In this document: positions 1 through 9,090 of the stretch, in pieces | Layout of the letters: each line of letters opens with the position of its first letter | Numbering within the stretch: the first letter of the stretch is position 1 | Notes under the pieces: generated by a model | What the model was told of the DNA's origin: nothing | Seen by the model: only the letters and a program-made list of their open reading frames with translations | Databases searched by the model: none | Assembly: GCA_040218735.1 (NCBI GenBank) | Contig: JAVJQW010000012.1 | Coordinates: 256,001-320,000, forward strand | Direction of reading: 5' to 3' | Origin: Deltaproteobacteria bacterium | Lineage (GTDB): Bacteria; Myxococcota; Kuafuiibacteriia; Kuafuiibacteriales; Kuafuiibacteriaceae | DNA: 64,000 nucleotides | Translations under genes and position numbers: made by a program

Positions 1-270
1 AGCCTCACGGGTCGAGGTGGCGGCGACTGGATCCTGTCGCGCACGGCGGGCCGCGTCGACGTGCAACGTGGCTTGCCGCGCCCGCCAAAGGGGGCGGTGC
101 GTCTGACGACCGAGGCGTTCGTCGCCCGCATCGCCGACGCCGCGCGCCGCGCCGCGTTCTCACCCGACGAAGTCACGGCGCGTGGTGAAGGTGGGTTGGA
201 GCTGCTGAACGCGCTCCTCGATCACGGGACCTCGTCGCGCTTCGGCGGGTGGCTGCGACGCCTCGCCTGA
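1..270 (+). CDS. 3' end of a gene entering the window; possible SCP2/sterol-binding-like C-terminal domain
   Basis: Frame 1 is open from position 1 (SLTGRGGGDWILSRTAGRVDVQRG...) to TGA at 270. The GxGGGxW...V..G...P pattern recalls SCP2-like domains. Confidence 0.4.
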   Translation, partial: SLTGRGGGDWILSRTAGRVDVQRGLPRPPKGAVRLTTEAFVARIADAARRAAFSPDEVTARGEGGLELLNALLDHGTSSRFGGWLRRLA

Positions 271-273
271 GCC

Positions 274-831
274 TCACACGTCCTCGATCGGTGGCCTTCG
301 ATCGACGGGCAGCGCGCGGTGACGCTCCCAAGCCGCCCGCGCCTGCGCAGCGGTGCCGCCGGGGTGCGCCGCGTGCCAAGCCTTGGTGAAGCGGTTGAAT
401 TCGAGGCTCTCGGATTGCGCGGGGAGCTCCGTGCCGCGCGTCGCGTGCCAGTGCTCGACGGCGTCCGACAGAGTCGCGCCCGGCGGCGGGTCGCGGAGGA
501 ACGCGCGCATGTGCCCGTCGAACTTGAACGCTGCGCCGATTTGCTCCTCGAAGAAACGTCGTAGCGTCTGCGTCGAACGCTGCCTTGCGAGGATCGGCGA
601 AGCGAGGGTCGGCGAAGTGATGGCCGACCGAGGGCGCGCGTTGGGCTCGGGGGCAGGCGCCGGACGTCCGCCCAGGCGCGCCGCGATGCGGGCGGTGAGC
701 GCAGCCTTCGGGCCGCTCGCGGACACCCCCAGGCTGCGCGCAAAGGGTTGAAGCTCCGCCATCGTCCAGTACCAGCGGAGGAGCTCGGCCTCCGACAGCC
801 GTGCGCTGAGCTCGGGTCGTGCCTCGTTCAT
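274..831 (-). CDS. SAP-like / DUF6434-type hypothetical protein
   Basis: C-terminal part of ORF 274..1728. ATG at 831 overlaps the acylase stop (ATGA). Motifs ELLRWYWTMAELQPFARSLG...GPKAAL and RRFFEEQIGAAFKF. Confidence 0.7.
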   Translation of the reverse strand: MNEARPELSARLSEAELLRWYWTMAELQPFARSLGVSASGPKAALTARIAARLGGRPAPAPEPNARPRSAITSPTLASPILARQRSTQTLRRFFEEQIGAAFKFDGHMRAFLRDPPPGATLSDAVEHWHATRGTELPAQSESLEFNRFTKAWHAAHPGGTAAQARAAWERHRALPVDRRPPIEDV

Positions 832-3155
832 CGCTCTGCGAAGAACCACTCGGTGCCGTCGTCGAACACGTTCAGCCGTTGGTCCGCGTGATACCGCGCC
901 GCGAGATCGTCGTAATGCGGTGAGAACGGGTGCCCCGACTGACCGACCGGCGTGATCCACGTGCTGGCCTGCGGATTCATGAGGTCCCAGACCATGCGCG
1001 TCGACGCGCCGAACTTCGGCCGCTCCACGCGCGGAACCGATGACCACCCGACCTGCTCGCGCTCCTCGATCGCGAACCAGTCCCCGACGACGGGGACGCG
1101 ACCGACGAATGCGTGCTGCGCCTTCCAGCGGTTCATCTTCGGGTAGGGCTCGTAGTCGGCCTCCGCGATCGTCGCGACGACCTGCGTGGCGAGGTCGGCG
1201 TCGGTGAAGCCGAAGACGTCGAAGCCCTGCTCCATCGCGGTCAACATCCACGCGCTGTCGAGGCGCGCACGGTAGGGGAGCGCGTCCGGAGACGTGCCAC
1301 CGAGGAGCGCCTTGCGCACGCGGCCGAGGCACACCTGGAGCACGAGGCGCTCTGCTTCGATCGCCTCGGTGAACGTCTCGACGTCGGCCTTCGCGTCGCC
1401 GCCCCACTTCGTCCACCGCGCGAGCATCTGCTCGGCCTCGTCGCTGTCGGGCTTGGCGTGGGCGACGAGCCAGTCGAGGAGGATCTTGTGGTAGCGGCTG
1501 TTCGTGTCCATCTGCAGCGCCTCCATCTCCTCGCGTTTGAAGCGCTTCTTGCTCGCGAGCACCGTGCGGATGCGGTCCTTGCGGAGGTCCTCCGTCCACT
1601 TCTGCCCGTGCGGATCGACCCAGATGCGTTCGTTTGCGGTGGCGATGAAACGGGGCTCCTCGGGGCCCGCTTCCTTCACGTAGATCTGCATGCGCGGACG
1701 CGCAGACGCCGGTTCGTACCCCTGCCAATCCCCGTCGAGCGCCGAGCGCGGGAAGCGGCCCGACTTCGACCGTACGATGCCCGTCCCGCTCGCGCGGTAG
1801 CCCATGTTCCCGAGTCGATCGACGACCAGGACGTTCTGCGCCGGCACGCGCATCCCGTCGAGCGCGGCCATCATTTCGTCCCAGCTCTTCGCGCGGTTCG
1901 TGTCGAACGAGGGGACGGCCAACCCCGGCTGGAGCGGGAGCCAGCGACGCGCGTAGACGCGGTCGCCGAGGTAGTCGCGCTTCGCGATCGGGCCGCGTGA
2001 AGTGTGGCGCGAGGTGACTTCGACCGGCGCGCCGTCCTTCACCTGGATGACGTGTTTCTTCTCGATGACCGGCGCCCAGATCTTCTCACCGTCGTCGATC
2101 CGTTCGACGTACTGCTTGCCGTCGTCGGAGAGCTCCTCGAGGAGGTAGTCGTCGACGTCTTCGCCGACGTTGGTGAACGCCCACGCGAGGTACGCGTTCA
2201 TGCCGAGCACCACGCCGGGCGCGCCGGGGATCGACACGCCGACCGCCCACTCGTCCTTGTCGACGCGCAGCCGGTTCAGGAACCACAGGTGCGGGACACT
2301 CGCGGCGAGGTGCGGATCGTTCGCGAGGTAGCAGTCCTTGCCGCCGCACCACGCCCAGCTGTTGCTCGCGCCCCAGCCCGCGACGTCTTCGTCGTAGAGG
2401 CCCGCGAGGCGTGCTCGTTCGGTGGTGTCGAGGCGCGCGAGCTCCCTCTCTTCGATCGGCGCGGCGGGCAGCGGCGTCGCGGGCATCGCCGGTCCGCTTC
2501 GATCGGGGGTGCCGAACAGCGGCTCGTTCCAGGGGTGGTCGACCGGGAAGAGGAAGTCGAACCACGCGTCGCCGAGACCTTCGGACCACCGTTGGCGCAG
2601 CGCCTCGCCGGGCGCGGCGGTCGCGAGCTGCTCGCTCATGAGGATGGTGATGAAGAGGGTGTCCTCGACCTTCCACGGCTCCGGGTCGACGCCGAGGAGG
2701 AGGTACTCGAGCGAGACGCGGCCGTCGTAGTCCTGAAGGAAGCGGTTCACACCGCGCGCGTAGGCTTCGAGGAGCTCGCGTTCCTTCGGTTCGAGGCGTT
2801 TCTCGGCTTCGGCGACGACGCCGGGCCAGTCTTCGAGGCGCCGACCTTCGTCGAGCGGGACGGCCTTTGCGCCGTACAGCTCCGCGACGCGGCCCGCGGA
2901 GAAGCGGCGGATCATGTCCATGTGGAAGAAGCGCTGCGACGCGGTGACGTAGCCCTGCGCTTCGACGACGGCGGGCCACGAGTCGGCGTCGATCGTGGGG
3001 ATGCCGAAGTCGTCGATCCGAACCTTCGCGCCTTCGTAGGCTTCGAGCGCGTCCGGCGAGGCGCCTTGGTTGCGGACGAGCCAGTACAGACCGACGCCGA
3101 CGACGAGGAGGAGGACGACGACCAGGCCGAGGCCGCGGAGGAGCCAACGCTTCAC
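828..3155 (-). CDS. Penicillin acylase family (Ntn hydrolase; penicillin/AHL acylase-like), N-terminally anchored
   Basis: IDDFGIPTI, QGYVTASQRFFHMD, nucleophile GASNSW, LANDPHL, TANER, PVGQSGHPFSPHYDD; N-terminal hydrophobic segment. Confidence 0.92.
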   Translation of the reverse strand: MKRWLLRGLGLVVVLLLVVGVGLYWLVRNQGASPDALEAYEGAKVRIDDFGIPTIDADSWPAVVEAQGYVTASQRFFHMDMIRRFSAGRVAELYGAKAVPLDEGRRLEDWPGVVAEAEKRLEPKERELLEAYARGVNRFLQDYDGRVSLEYLLLGVDPEPWKVEDTLFITILMSEQLATAAPGEALRQRWSEGLGDAWFDFLFPVDHPWNEPLFGTPDRSGPAMPATPLPAAPIEERELARLDTTERARLAGLYDEDVAGWGASNSWAWCGGKDCYLANDPHLAASVPHLWFLNRLRVDKDEWAVGVSIPGAPGVVLGMNAYLAWAFTNVGEDVDDYLLEELSDDGKQYVERIDDGEKIWAPVIEKKHVIQVKDGAPVEVTSRHTSRGPIAKRDYLGDRVYARRWLPLQPGLAVPSFDTNRAKSWDEMMAALDGMRVPAQNVLVVDRLGNMGYRASGTGIVRSKSGRFPRSALDGDWQGYEPASARPRMQIYVKEAGPEEPRFIATANERIWVDPHGQKWTEDLRKDRIRTVLASKKRFKREEMEALQMDTNSRYHKILLDWLVAHAKPDSDEAEQMLARWTKWGGDAKADVETFTEAIEAERLVLQVCLGRVRKALLGGTSPDALPYRARLDSAWMLTAMEQGFDVFGFTDADLATQVVATIAEADYEPYPKMNRWKAQHAFVGRVPVVGDWFAIEEREQVGWSSVPRVERPKFGASTRMVWDLMNPQASTWITPVGQSGHPFSPHYDDLAARYHADQRLNVFDDGTEWFFAER

Positions 3156-3192
3156 GCCGGGTGCTTTCGCTCATCCGGAGGAAGAACGCCAA

Positions 3193-4272
3193 GTGGGAAC
3201 CGCGGTCGGGCTCGACATCCGGGGCACGAATCACGAGGATCCCCACGCGGTGGGCGGGCACTGGATTCGAGCGGCCGCGAGCTGGTCGGTGCTCGACGCC
3301 GCGAAGGCGCGGGGCTTCGAGCCGGCGGACATCCTCGCGCGTGCGCAGCGTGAGGCGCCGCCCGAGGACCTCCGAGCGATGATCCCGCTCGAGCTCCACT
3401 TCGCGATCTGGACGGCCGCGATCAAACTGATCGACGACCCGGGCTTCGTCGTCGACGTGGGCACCACCGTCACGCACGAGAACTTCGAGGTCGTCGGCCT
3501 CGCGGCGCGGGCCGCGCCAGATCTCGAACACGCGCTCCGGGTGATGCAGCGGTTCGGGCACGTCTATTCGAACGACAACGGCTTCGAGATCGACGCCGAC
3601 CCGCGCGGTCTGTGGGGCTACATGCCGCCGAGCGGTGCCCTCCCCCTCGCGGCGCGGTGTGCGACGGAGGCGATCGTCGTACAGGTCGTGCACGTGGCGC
3701 GTTCGTTGGTGCAGGCCGAGTTCCGCCCGCTGGAGGTCACGTTGCGCCACCGCGCGCCGGCGTCCACGGCGCGGCTCGACGCGTTCTTCGGTGTGTCCCC
3801 GCGCTTCGAGACGCCGCGCACCGCCATCCTGTTTGCGGTCGAGGATCTCACCCGCCCGATCGCGACGGCGGACGCGTTGCTGCACCAGGTCCTCCTCCGC
3901 CAGGCCGAGGCGGAGCTACAGCAGCTCCCCCGTGACGAGACGTTCACCGCGCGCGTCGCCGACGCCGTGCAGCGACTCCTCCCCTCCGGGGACGTGTCGA
4001 TCGCGACGGTCAGCCGGCAGCTCGCCTGCTCCGAGCGCACGTTGCGACGCCGACTCGGGCAGGAAGACACGAAGTTCTCGGGCGTCGTGGACGAGGTGCG
4101 TCGTTCCCTCGCCGCGCGTTACCTCGACGACGAGCGCCTCGCGGTCGAGGAGGTCGCCGTCCTCGTCGGCTTCTCCGACGCGCGCGCGTTCCGTCGCGCG
4201 TACGTCCGCTGGACGGGCGAGAGCCCCGGCGACCGACGCAGCGCAGCGCGATCGCGGTCACGCGGGTCCTGA
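3193..4272 (+). CDS. AraC family transcriptional regulator (ligand-binding N-domain plus HTH)
   Basis: C-terminal SERTLRRRL...VGFSDARAFRRAYVRWTGESP. The GTG start at 3193 is inferred to avoid overlapping the divergent acylase. Confidence 0.9.
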   Translation: MGTAVGLDIRGTNHEDPHAVGGHWIRAAASWSVLDAAKARGFEPADILARAQREAPPEDLRAMIPLELHFAIWTAAIKLIDDPGFVVDVGTTVTHENFEVVGLAARAAPDLEHALRVMQRFGHVYSNDNGFEIDADPRGLWGYMPPSGALPLAARCATEAIVVQVVHVARSLVQAEFRPLEVTLRHRAPASTARLDAFFGVSPRFETPRTAILFAVEDLTRPIATADALLHQVLLRQAEAELQQLPRDETFTARVADAVQRLLPSGDVSIATVSRQLACSERTLRRRLGQEDTKFSGVVDEVRRSLAARYLDDERLAVEEVAVLVGFSDARAFRRAYVRWTGESPGDRRSAARSRSRGS

Positions 4273-4348
4273 GTCTGGCCGTTTGGGTCCGGTCCTTTGG
4301 CCGGTTCGGTCCGCGCCCCGCGACGACGCGCGCTCCACCATCGACGGC

Positions 4349-5278
4349 GTGAAGCACTACGAAGTCGCTTTGTTGATCCTCGCGAGCGGTGCGTGCCGCG
4401 GCATCGAGCCGATCGAGGCGCCGGGCCCCCTGGACGAGGTCGGCGCCGCGCGCGTCGCGCTCGGCCACCGGCTCTTCTTCGATCCGGCGCTCTCCGCCGA
4501 CGACGCGACCCCCTGCGCCGCCTGCCACCAGCCCGACGCCGGCGGCGCCGAGCCGCGCGCCGTCTCGGAGGGGGTCGGCGGAGCGCTGGGACGCCGCAAC
4601 GCACCGTCCGTGTTCAACGCGAGCCTCAAGTTCGCGCAGTTCTGGGACGGGCGCGAGGCCGAGCTCGACGCCCAGGCGCTCGGCCCGCTCTACGCGGCGG
4701 ACGAGATGGGCCTCGACGCCGAACGCCTCGTCGCCCGCCTCGCGAGTTACCAGGCGGAGTTCGCGCGTGCGTTCCCGAGCGAGGCCGCACCGCTCACGCC
4801 GAAGAACGTCGCGTTGGCTTTGGCGGCCTACGAGCGCCGCCTCGCCTGGCCGGGCCGCATCGACCGTTACCTCGCCGGCGACGAAGCCGCGCTCACGGCA
4901 GCCGAGCGCGCCGGCTACGACTACTTCGCGGGCAACTGTGCCTTCTGCCACGACGGCCCCGGCATCGGCGGCCAGCGCATCGAGCGCCTCGGCGATCGTG
5001 TCCCCTGGCCCGAGTCCCGCGCGCAAGACCGCGGTCGCCGCGAAGTCACGAACGACGAGGACGACGACCTGAAGTTCGTCGTCCCGAGCCTACGGAACGT
5101 CGGCCGCACGGCGCCCTACTTCCACGACGGCAGCGTCGAGACCCTCGACGAAGCGGTGCGCCTCATGGCGAAGCACCAGCTCGACACCGAGATGACGGAC
5201 CGGGAGGTCGAGGAGGTCGTCGCCTTCCTCGAAGCCCTCGAGGGCGAGGCCCCGGTAGAGCTCGTCGAGGCGCCATAG
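4349..5278 (+). CDS. Di-haem cytochrome c peroxidase / MauG family, probable lipoprotein
   Basis: [52 protein letters not shown]; lipobox-like LASGAC after GTG at 4349. Confidence 0.92.
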   Translation: MKHYEVALLILASGACRGIEPIEAPGPLDEVGAARVALGHRLFFDPALSADDATPCAACHQPDAGGAEPRAVSEGVGGALGRRNAPSVFNASLKFAQFWDGREAELDAQALGPLYAADEMGLDAERLVARLASYQAEFARAFPSEAAPLTPKNVALALAAYERRLAWPGRIDRYLAGDEAALTAAERAGYDYFAGNCAFCHDGPGIGGQRIERLGDRVPWPESRAQDRGRREVTNDEDDDLKFVVPSLRNVGRTAPYFHDGSVETLDEAVRLMAKHQLDTEMTDREVEEVVAFLEALEGEAPVELVEAP

Positions 5279-5500
5279 CCAAGCGAACCGCGACGGCGGA
5301 GCCGGCCGCCCCGCAAACCCGGGCGCCGTAGCCCATGGCGGACCGCGAGAGTGAAGGCCGGTGCCGGCCGCCCGCGAAGATGAGCGCCCTGGCCCGAGGC
5401 GGACCGCGAACGTGGACGACGGTGCCGCCCCGCGAACGAAGCGCCGGAGCTCGAGGCGGACCGCGAACGTGGACGACGGCGCCCGCCGCCTCGCGGAGCC
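5270..5500. repeat. Four degenerate tandem units of about 53-61 bp (REP/BIME-like)
   Basis: Units start with GCGCC at 5270, 5323, 5384 and 5441, with core GCGGACCGCGA. An exact 28-bp match CGAGGCGGACCGCGAACGTGGACGACGG occurs at 5395-5422 and 5452-5479. Confidence 0.8.
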
Positions 5501-5504
5501 GGCG

Positions 5505-6188
5505 TCACACCGACTTCAGGCGTCGCCCCGGAACCTCTTCGACGAGGATCGGCCCCGCGTCGCGCCACCCCTTCCGCAGGAGCCACACGCGGGGCGGCCC
5601 CCCGATGCGGACCTCCTTCGTCGTGCGCGCTCCGGCGTTCTCGAACCCGTCGAACCACCGCGCCGACGAGTAGGGATCGATCCACCGCTTGGGCAACGTA
5701 TGGCCACCCTGCGCGGCGTGTTTGCGAGCGTTCAGCAGCACGTACGCAATCGCGTGCCGCGCCTCGCGCGGCGAGCGAAGTACATGCGCGTGATACCGGT
5801 CCGAGAAGACCTGCCCCCGTCGCTTCAACGCGGTGTTCAGGCGCCGCGCCAGCCGGACCTGGAGCCCCTTCATCGCCCGCATCAGCGACCGTCGGTCCCG
5901 CGGCTCCACGAGCAGGTGGAGGTGATTCTTCTGCACGGAGAAGTGCACGAGGCGGCACTCGAAGCGTTCTGCGCCGTCCCGTAGCGCCTGTTTGATCGGC
6001 TGAAAGCGTCGCTTGCTTCGCAGGTTCCCAACGGCCCGCGAGACCCGGAGCGTCACGTGAACGGGTGCGTTCTTGGGGATCGACGCGCGCCGACGATGCT
6101 CGACGTTCCGCCGACCTTTGCCCTTCTTCCGGCCAGCGTTCTTCCGAGCACCGCCGTGCCGGAAAGGGAATCTGAGAACCTCCTGCAC
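5505..6188 (-). mobile_element. REP-associated tyrosine transposase (RAYT; HUH/Y1 family)
   Basis: PVHVTLR, HFSVQKNHLHLLVE (HUH motif), RRGQVFSDRYHAHVL, YVLLNARKH (catalytic Tyr), DPYSS. No tnpB alongside. Confidence 0.88.
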
Positions 6189-6845
6189 GCTTGATTAAGG
6201 CTAACAATTCTACTCCGCGACTACAAGAGCAACCTCACCGAATTCGAACGTCCAGATCTCGAAGTAGAGACACCGCTTGGCGGATGGCCGCCGCGTCGAG
6301 TTGATGAGGTGGTCGAGCTGGCATAGCGCCCGTTCCGCTTGCGGCCGGTTGCGCTCGAGGCGCAGTCCGAAGAGCGACGACCCATTCGACGCGAGCATCA
6401 CCTCGTGCAGGAGGTCTGACGCGATGCAACCTGACGGCCCTCGGTCTCGACCGCGCCGCAGTCGGCTAACCCCCAGACGTCGACACGCCGTTCCCAGAGC
6501 GATCCGCCGAACCACCCGAGAGACGCCCCTCGCCGGGTTGGCGCTCACCAACGCGGCGTCCCCGCCGCGAAGATCCAGAGCGTGCGCCCGGACGTCCCCG
6601 TCGCGTCGCACCAGCGCCATCCTCCGAACACATCCACGTCTCGAGCGTCACGTGCGACCGCCCGGACGCGCTCGTGTGCGCCACCGAGTTCAGACACCGA
6701 GACGCCAACTACGGGCGATTCTTTCGAGCGAGCTCTGCGCCGCAAAGCTCGCGCGCCAGCGACCACTCGGAGCACAAGTCCACGACCGAAAAACGGCACG
6801 ACGTCCACGCGGGTCGGTGCACCACCGCCTCCGCACGCCGCTCGG

Positions 6846-7433
6846 CCTCACGTTTCGGCGCACGGCCCCTGCCCCGAACCTCTCCCGCTCCCAAGCCAGC
6901 GATCCGAAGCGCACCGTTCAGGCTCCCGTCGACCGCCGGAGCTCCTCTGGAGATTGAAGTGTGGTGAGCCTGGTGACCGGGCAGCTGCGGACGCTCTGCC
7001 ACCAGAGAAGGAGCTACAGCCTCACACAGGCACACGCCGGAACACGTGCTCCACGTTCACGCCCTCCCGCTCCGAGACCCAAGCGCCGCGACACGATCGA
7101 CGCGCCCAACCCGACCAATGCCAGCTCAGGCATCAGAACCGCCCTCACGTTTCGGGGCACGGCCTCCGCCCCGAACCTCTCCCGCTCCCCAGCCAGCGAT
7201 CCGAAGCGCACCGTCCAGGCTCCCACCGCCCGCCGGCGCTGCTCTGTGTATCGAAGCGTGGCGAATCGGGCGTCCGCATTTGCTGACGCGCTGCCACCGG
7301 AGATGGAGCTACCCCCTCACGCAAGGCACGCGCCGAAACACGTCCTCCACGTTCACGCCCTCCGCCTCCCGGAGCCCAAGCGCCTCGAACCGATCGACCT
7401 GCTCCACCCCAACCGACGCCAGCTCAGGCATCA
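6846..7433. repeat. Degenerate tandem duplication with a period of about 297 bp (copies 6846-7135 and 7143-7433)
   Basis: Shared colinear blocks CCTCACGTTTCGG, GCCCCGAACCTCTCCCGCTCCC, AGCCAGCGATCCGAAGCGCACCGT, CTCCACGTTCACGCCCTCC and GCCAGCTCAGGCATCA at offsets of 297-298. Confidence 0.9.
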
Positions 7434-8355
7434 ACGGCGCCCCGACGACCACGATCCGCGCGAGCTCCAGCGCCCTAACCAACACGTAGGCCCGCTGCTC
7501 CCCGCCCGAGATCACGCGCTCCTGCGCCCGAAGCTCCTCCACCAAGACGTCCCGACCCCGCCGAAGCGCCCGCGCGAAGGCCACCTCCCCGGCCCCGCGT
7601 CCGATCCCCTCTTCGCACCCAGCCTCCACCACGAGCATTCCCCCCGCGGCGACCGCCGGGCGCGGATGCAGCGCAACGTAGGTTGCGGCCCGGGAGGCCT
7701 GGTAGAAACTCTTCGCCTTCGCGCCGGGCACCGTCATCCGCAGCCACGGCTTCGGCGCGTCCCAGCGTTCGAAGCAAACCTCGCCCGCCAACGCCGCCGC
7801 CCGCGCGAACGTCTCGCGCACCGGCCCGAAGAACTCCACCGCCGGATCGCCCGGCACCACCTGCAACGCCCACACGTCCTCGAGGGCAGCCGCCCGCGAC
7901 CACAGCATCGCCTGAAACGGGTTGTCCTCCACGCGCCCGATCGCCACCCTCGAGTCCGCCACCGACCACAGTCCGTGAGACTGAGCGATCGCCGCCGCGC
8001 TCGCGCACCCGATCGATACGGTCTTGATGCCGCCCGAGAACCCCGCGTACTGGTGCGGCTCGACGAGCCCCACGCAGATCACCGCGTCGGCGGACGTGAC
8101 GTGCTCCGAGATCGTCGCCGAGGTCGCCGCGTCGTGCTGCACCACGGGCACCCCGCGGGACGCCGCGACGAGCGGTCGAAGCTCCCCATCCGTCATCGGC
8201 CGGTGCAGCCCCAGCGCCACCACGATCCGCGGCCGCGCTTCGACCCCGATCAAGCCATCGAGCAGAGGACCGAGCCGCGCGTAGTCGAACGGACGCGTCG
8301 CGTCGGGGACCACGACGGCGACGGATCTGTTCGCGTAGCGGTCCAGGCCTTTCAC
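7309..8355 (-). CDS. Lactate racemase (LarA) family protein, nickel-pincer type
   Basis: PDATRP, ALGLHRP, VEPHQYAGFSGGIK, EAGCEEGIG. GTG at 8355 overlaps the scramblase stop (GTGA). Confidence 0.85.
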   Translation of the reverse strand: MKGLDRYANRSVAVVVPDATRPFDYARLGPLLDGLIGVEARPRIVVALGLHRPMTDGELRPLVAASRGVPVVQHDAATSATISEHVTSADAVICVGLVEPHQYAGFSGGIKTVSIGCASAAAIAQSHGLWSVADSRVAIGRVEDNPFQAMLWSRAAALEDVWALQVVPGDPAVEFFGPVRETFARAAALAGEVCFERWDAPKPWLRMTVPGAKAKSFYQASRAATYVALHPRPAVAAGGMLVVEAGCEEGIGRGAGEVAFARALRRGRDVLVEELRAQERVISGGEQRAYVLVRALELARIVVVGAPLMPELASVGVEQVDRFEALGLREAEGVNVEDVFRRVPCVRG

Positions 8356-8987
8356 TGCTTGCGGCGTTCGAAGTGCACGATGTCGATCAGCGCGACACCG
8401 GCCACCACCAGCGCCTTGAGGTTCGGATCCGAGATGCCGTGCAGGTCGACCGAGTAGTTGTCGGCGTCCGAGAACATCTCCCGCCCCAGCCCCGACCACT
8501 TCTTCTTCACCGCGCCGAGCACCGCGCCCTCCGGGGACTGCACCTCGAACGTCCACGGCCGGAAGAACGCGCCGAAGAACCTCGCGATGACCCTCCCGGA
8601 GGCGTCCTCGATGGCGTAGATCCGGCGGACCCAGCTCCACTCGCGGACGATGCGACCGATCCGGTTGTCGTCGCCGTCCGTGATCGTCAGCTCGTGGAAC
8701 ATGAACTTCCACGGCCGGTCGAGGCGCAGGACCTCCTCGCCGTCGGCCGCCACCAGCGACATCGTGAACGGACGGGTCGGTCCGAGGAGCATCCGGTAGA
8801 GGAACTCCTTGGCCCCCGCGCCGGTCTCCCGGAAGTCGAAGGCGGGCTGTCCGGCCTCGTCGAGGACCTCGTACGCATTCTTCAGCTCCGCCGAGAACAA
8901 CACCTCGAACCACTTGCGCTGCTGGCGGACGAAGAGCTGGTCGACCGACTGAAAGCGGGACCTGACGAGGGCGGTCGACTCGGACAC
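8352..8987 (-). CDS. Phospholipid scramblase / LURP-one-like protein
   Basis: LFVRQQRKWFE, RPFTMSL, LRLDRPWKF, IGRIVREWSW, KKWSGLGREMFSDADNY, ALIDIVHFE; GGAGG upstream of GTG at 8987. Confidence 0.85.
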   Translation of the reverse strand: MSESTALVRSRFQSVDQLFVRQQRKWFEVLFSAELKNAYEVLDEAGQPAFDFRETGAGAKEFLYRMLLGPTRPFTMSLVAADGEEVLRLDRPWKFMFHELTITDGDDNRIGRIVREWSWVRRIYAIEDASGRVIARFFGAFFRPWTFEVQSPEGAVLGAVKKKWSGLGREMFSDADNYSVDLHGISDPNLKALVVAGVALIDIVHFERRKQ

Positions 8988-9034
8988 GGCCGTCAGCCTC
9001 CGACAAAACGCTCCGGATTCCAAGCGTTTGGGAG

Positions 9035-9063
9035 TTGACGCGAGGAAATATGCGGCCTAACGA
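9035..9063 (+). promoter_or_regulatory. Possible sigma70-type promoter for the ABC operon
   Basis: TTGACG-N17-TAACGA in the divergent intergenic region; the -10 match is weak. Confidence 0.3.
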
Positions 9064-9090
9064 ACCGCCGTTCGAATACGAGGTGAAGGA

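Noticed and set aside
5270-5500. Possible mini CRISPR array
   Set aside because: Only two exact copies; the intervening sequences resemble each other (degenerate tandem units) rather than being unique spacers; no cas genes in the window.
5505-6620. IS200/IS605 element with a TnpB/IscB or guide-RNA partner
   Set aside because: No RuvC/HNH ORF next to the Y1 transposase, and the motifs fit a RAYT. A structured RNA in 6200-6840 cannot be excluded, but I see no support for one.
6210-6620. 136-aa ORF upstream of the RAYT
   Set aside because: The last ~65 codons look gene-like, but the N-terminal half is Arg-rich noise with no motif; at most a remnant.
6545-6845. Third copy of the 297-bp repeat
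   Set aside because: Only short patchy similarity (GATCC...AGCG...CCCGTCG near 6572) at the wrong offset.
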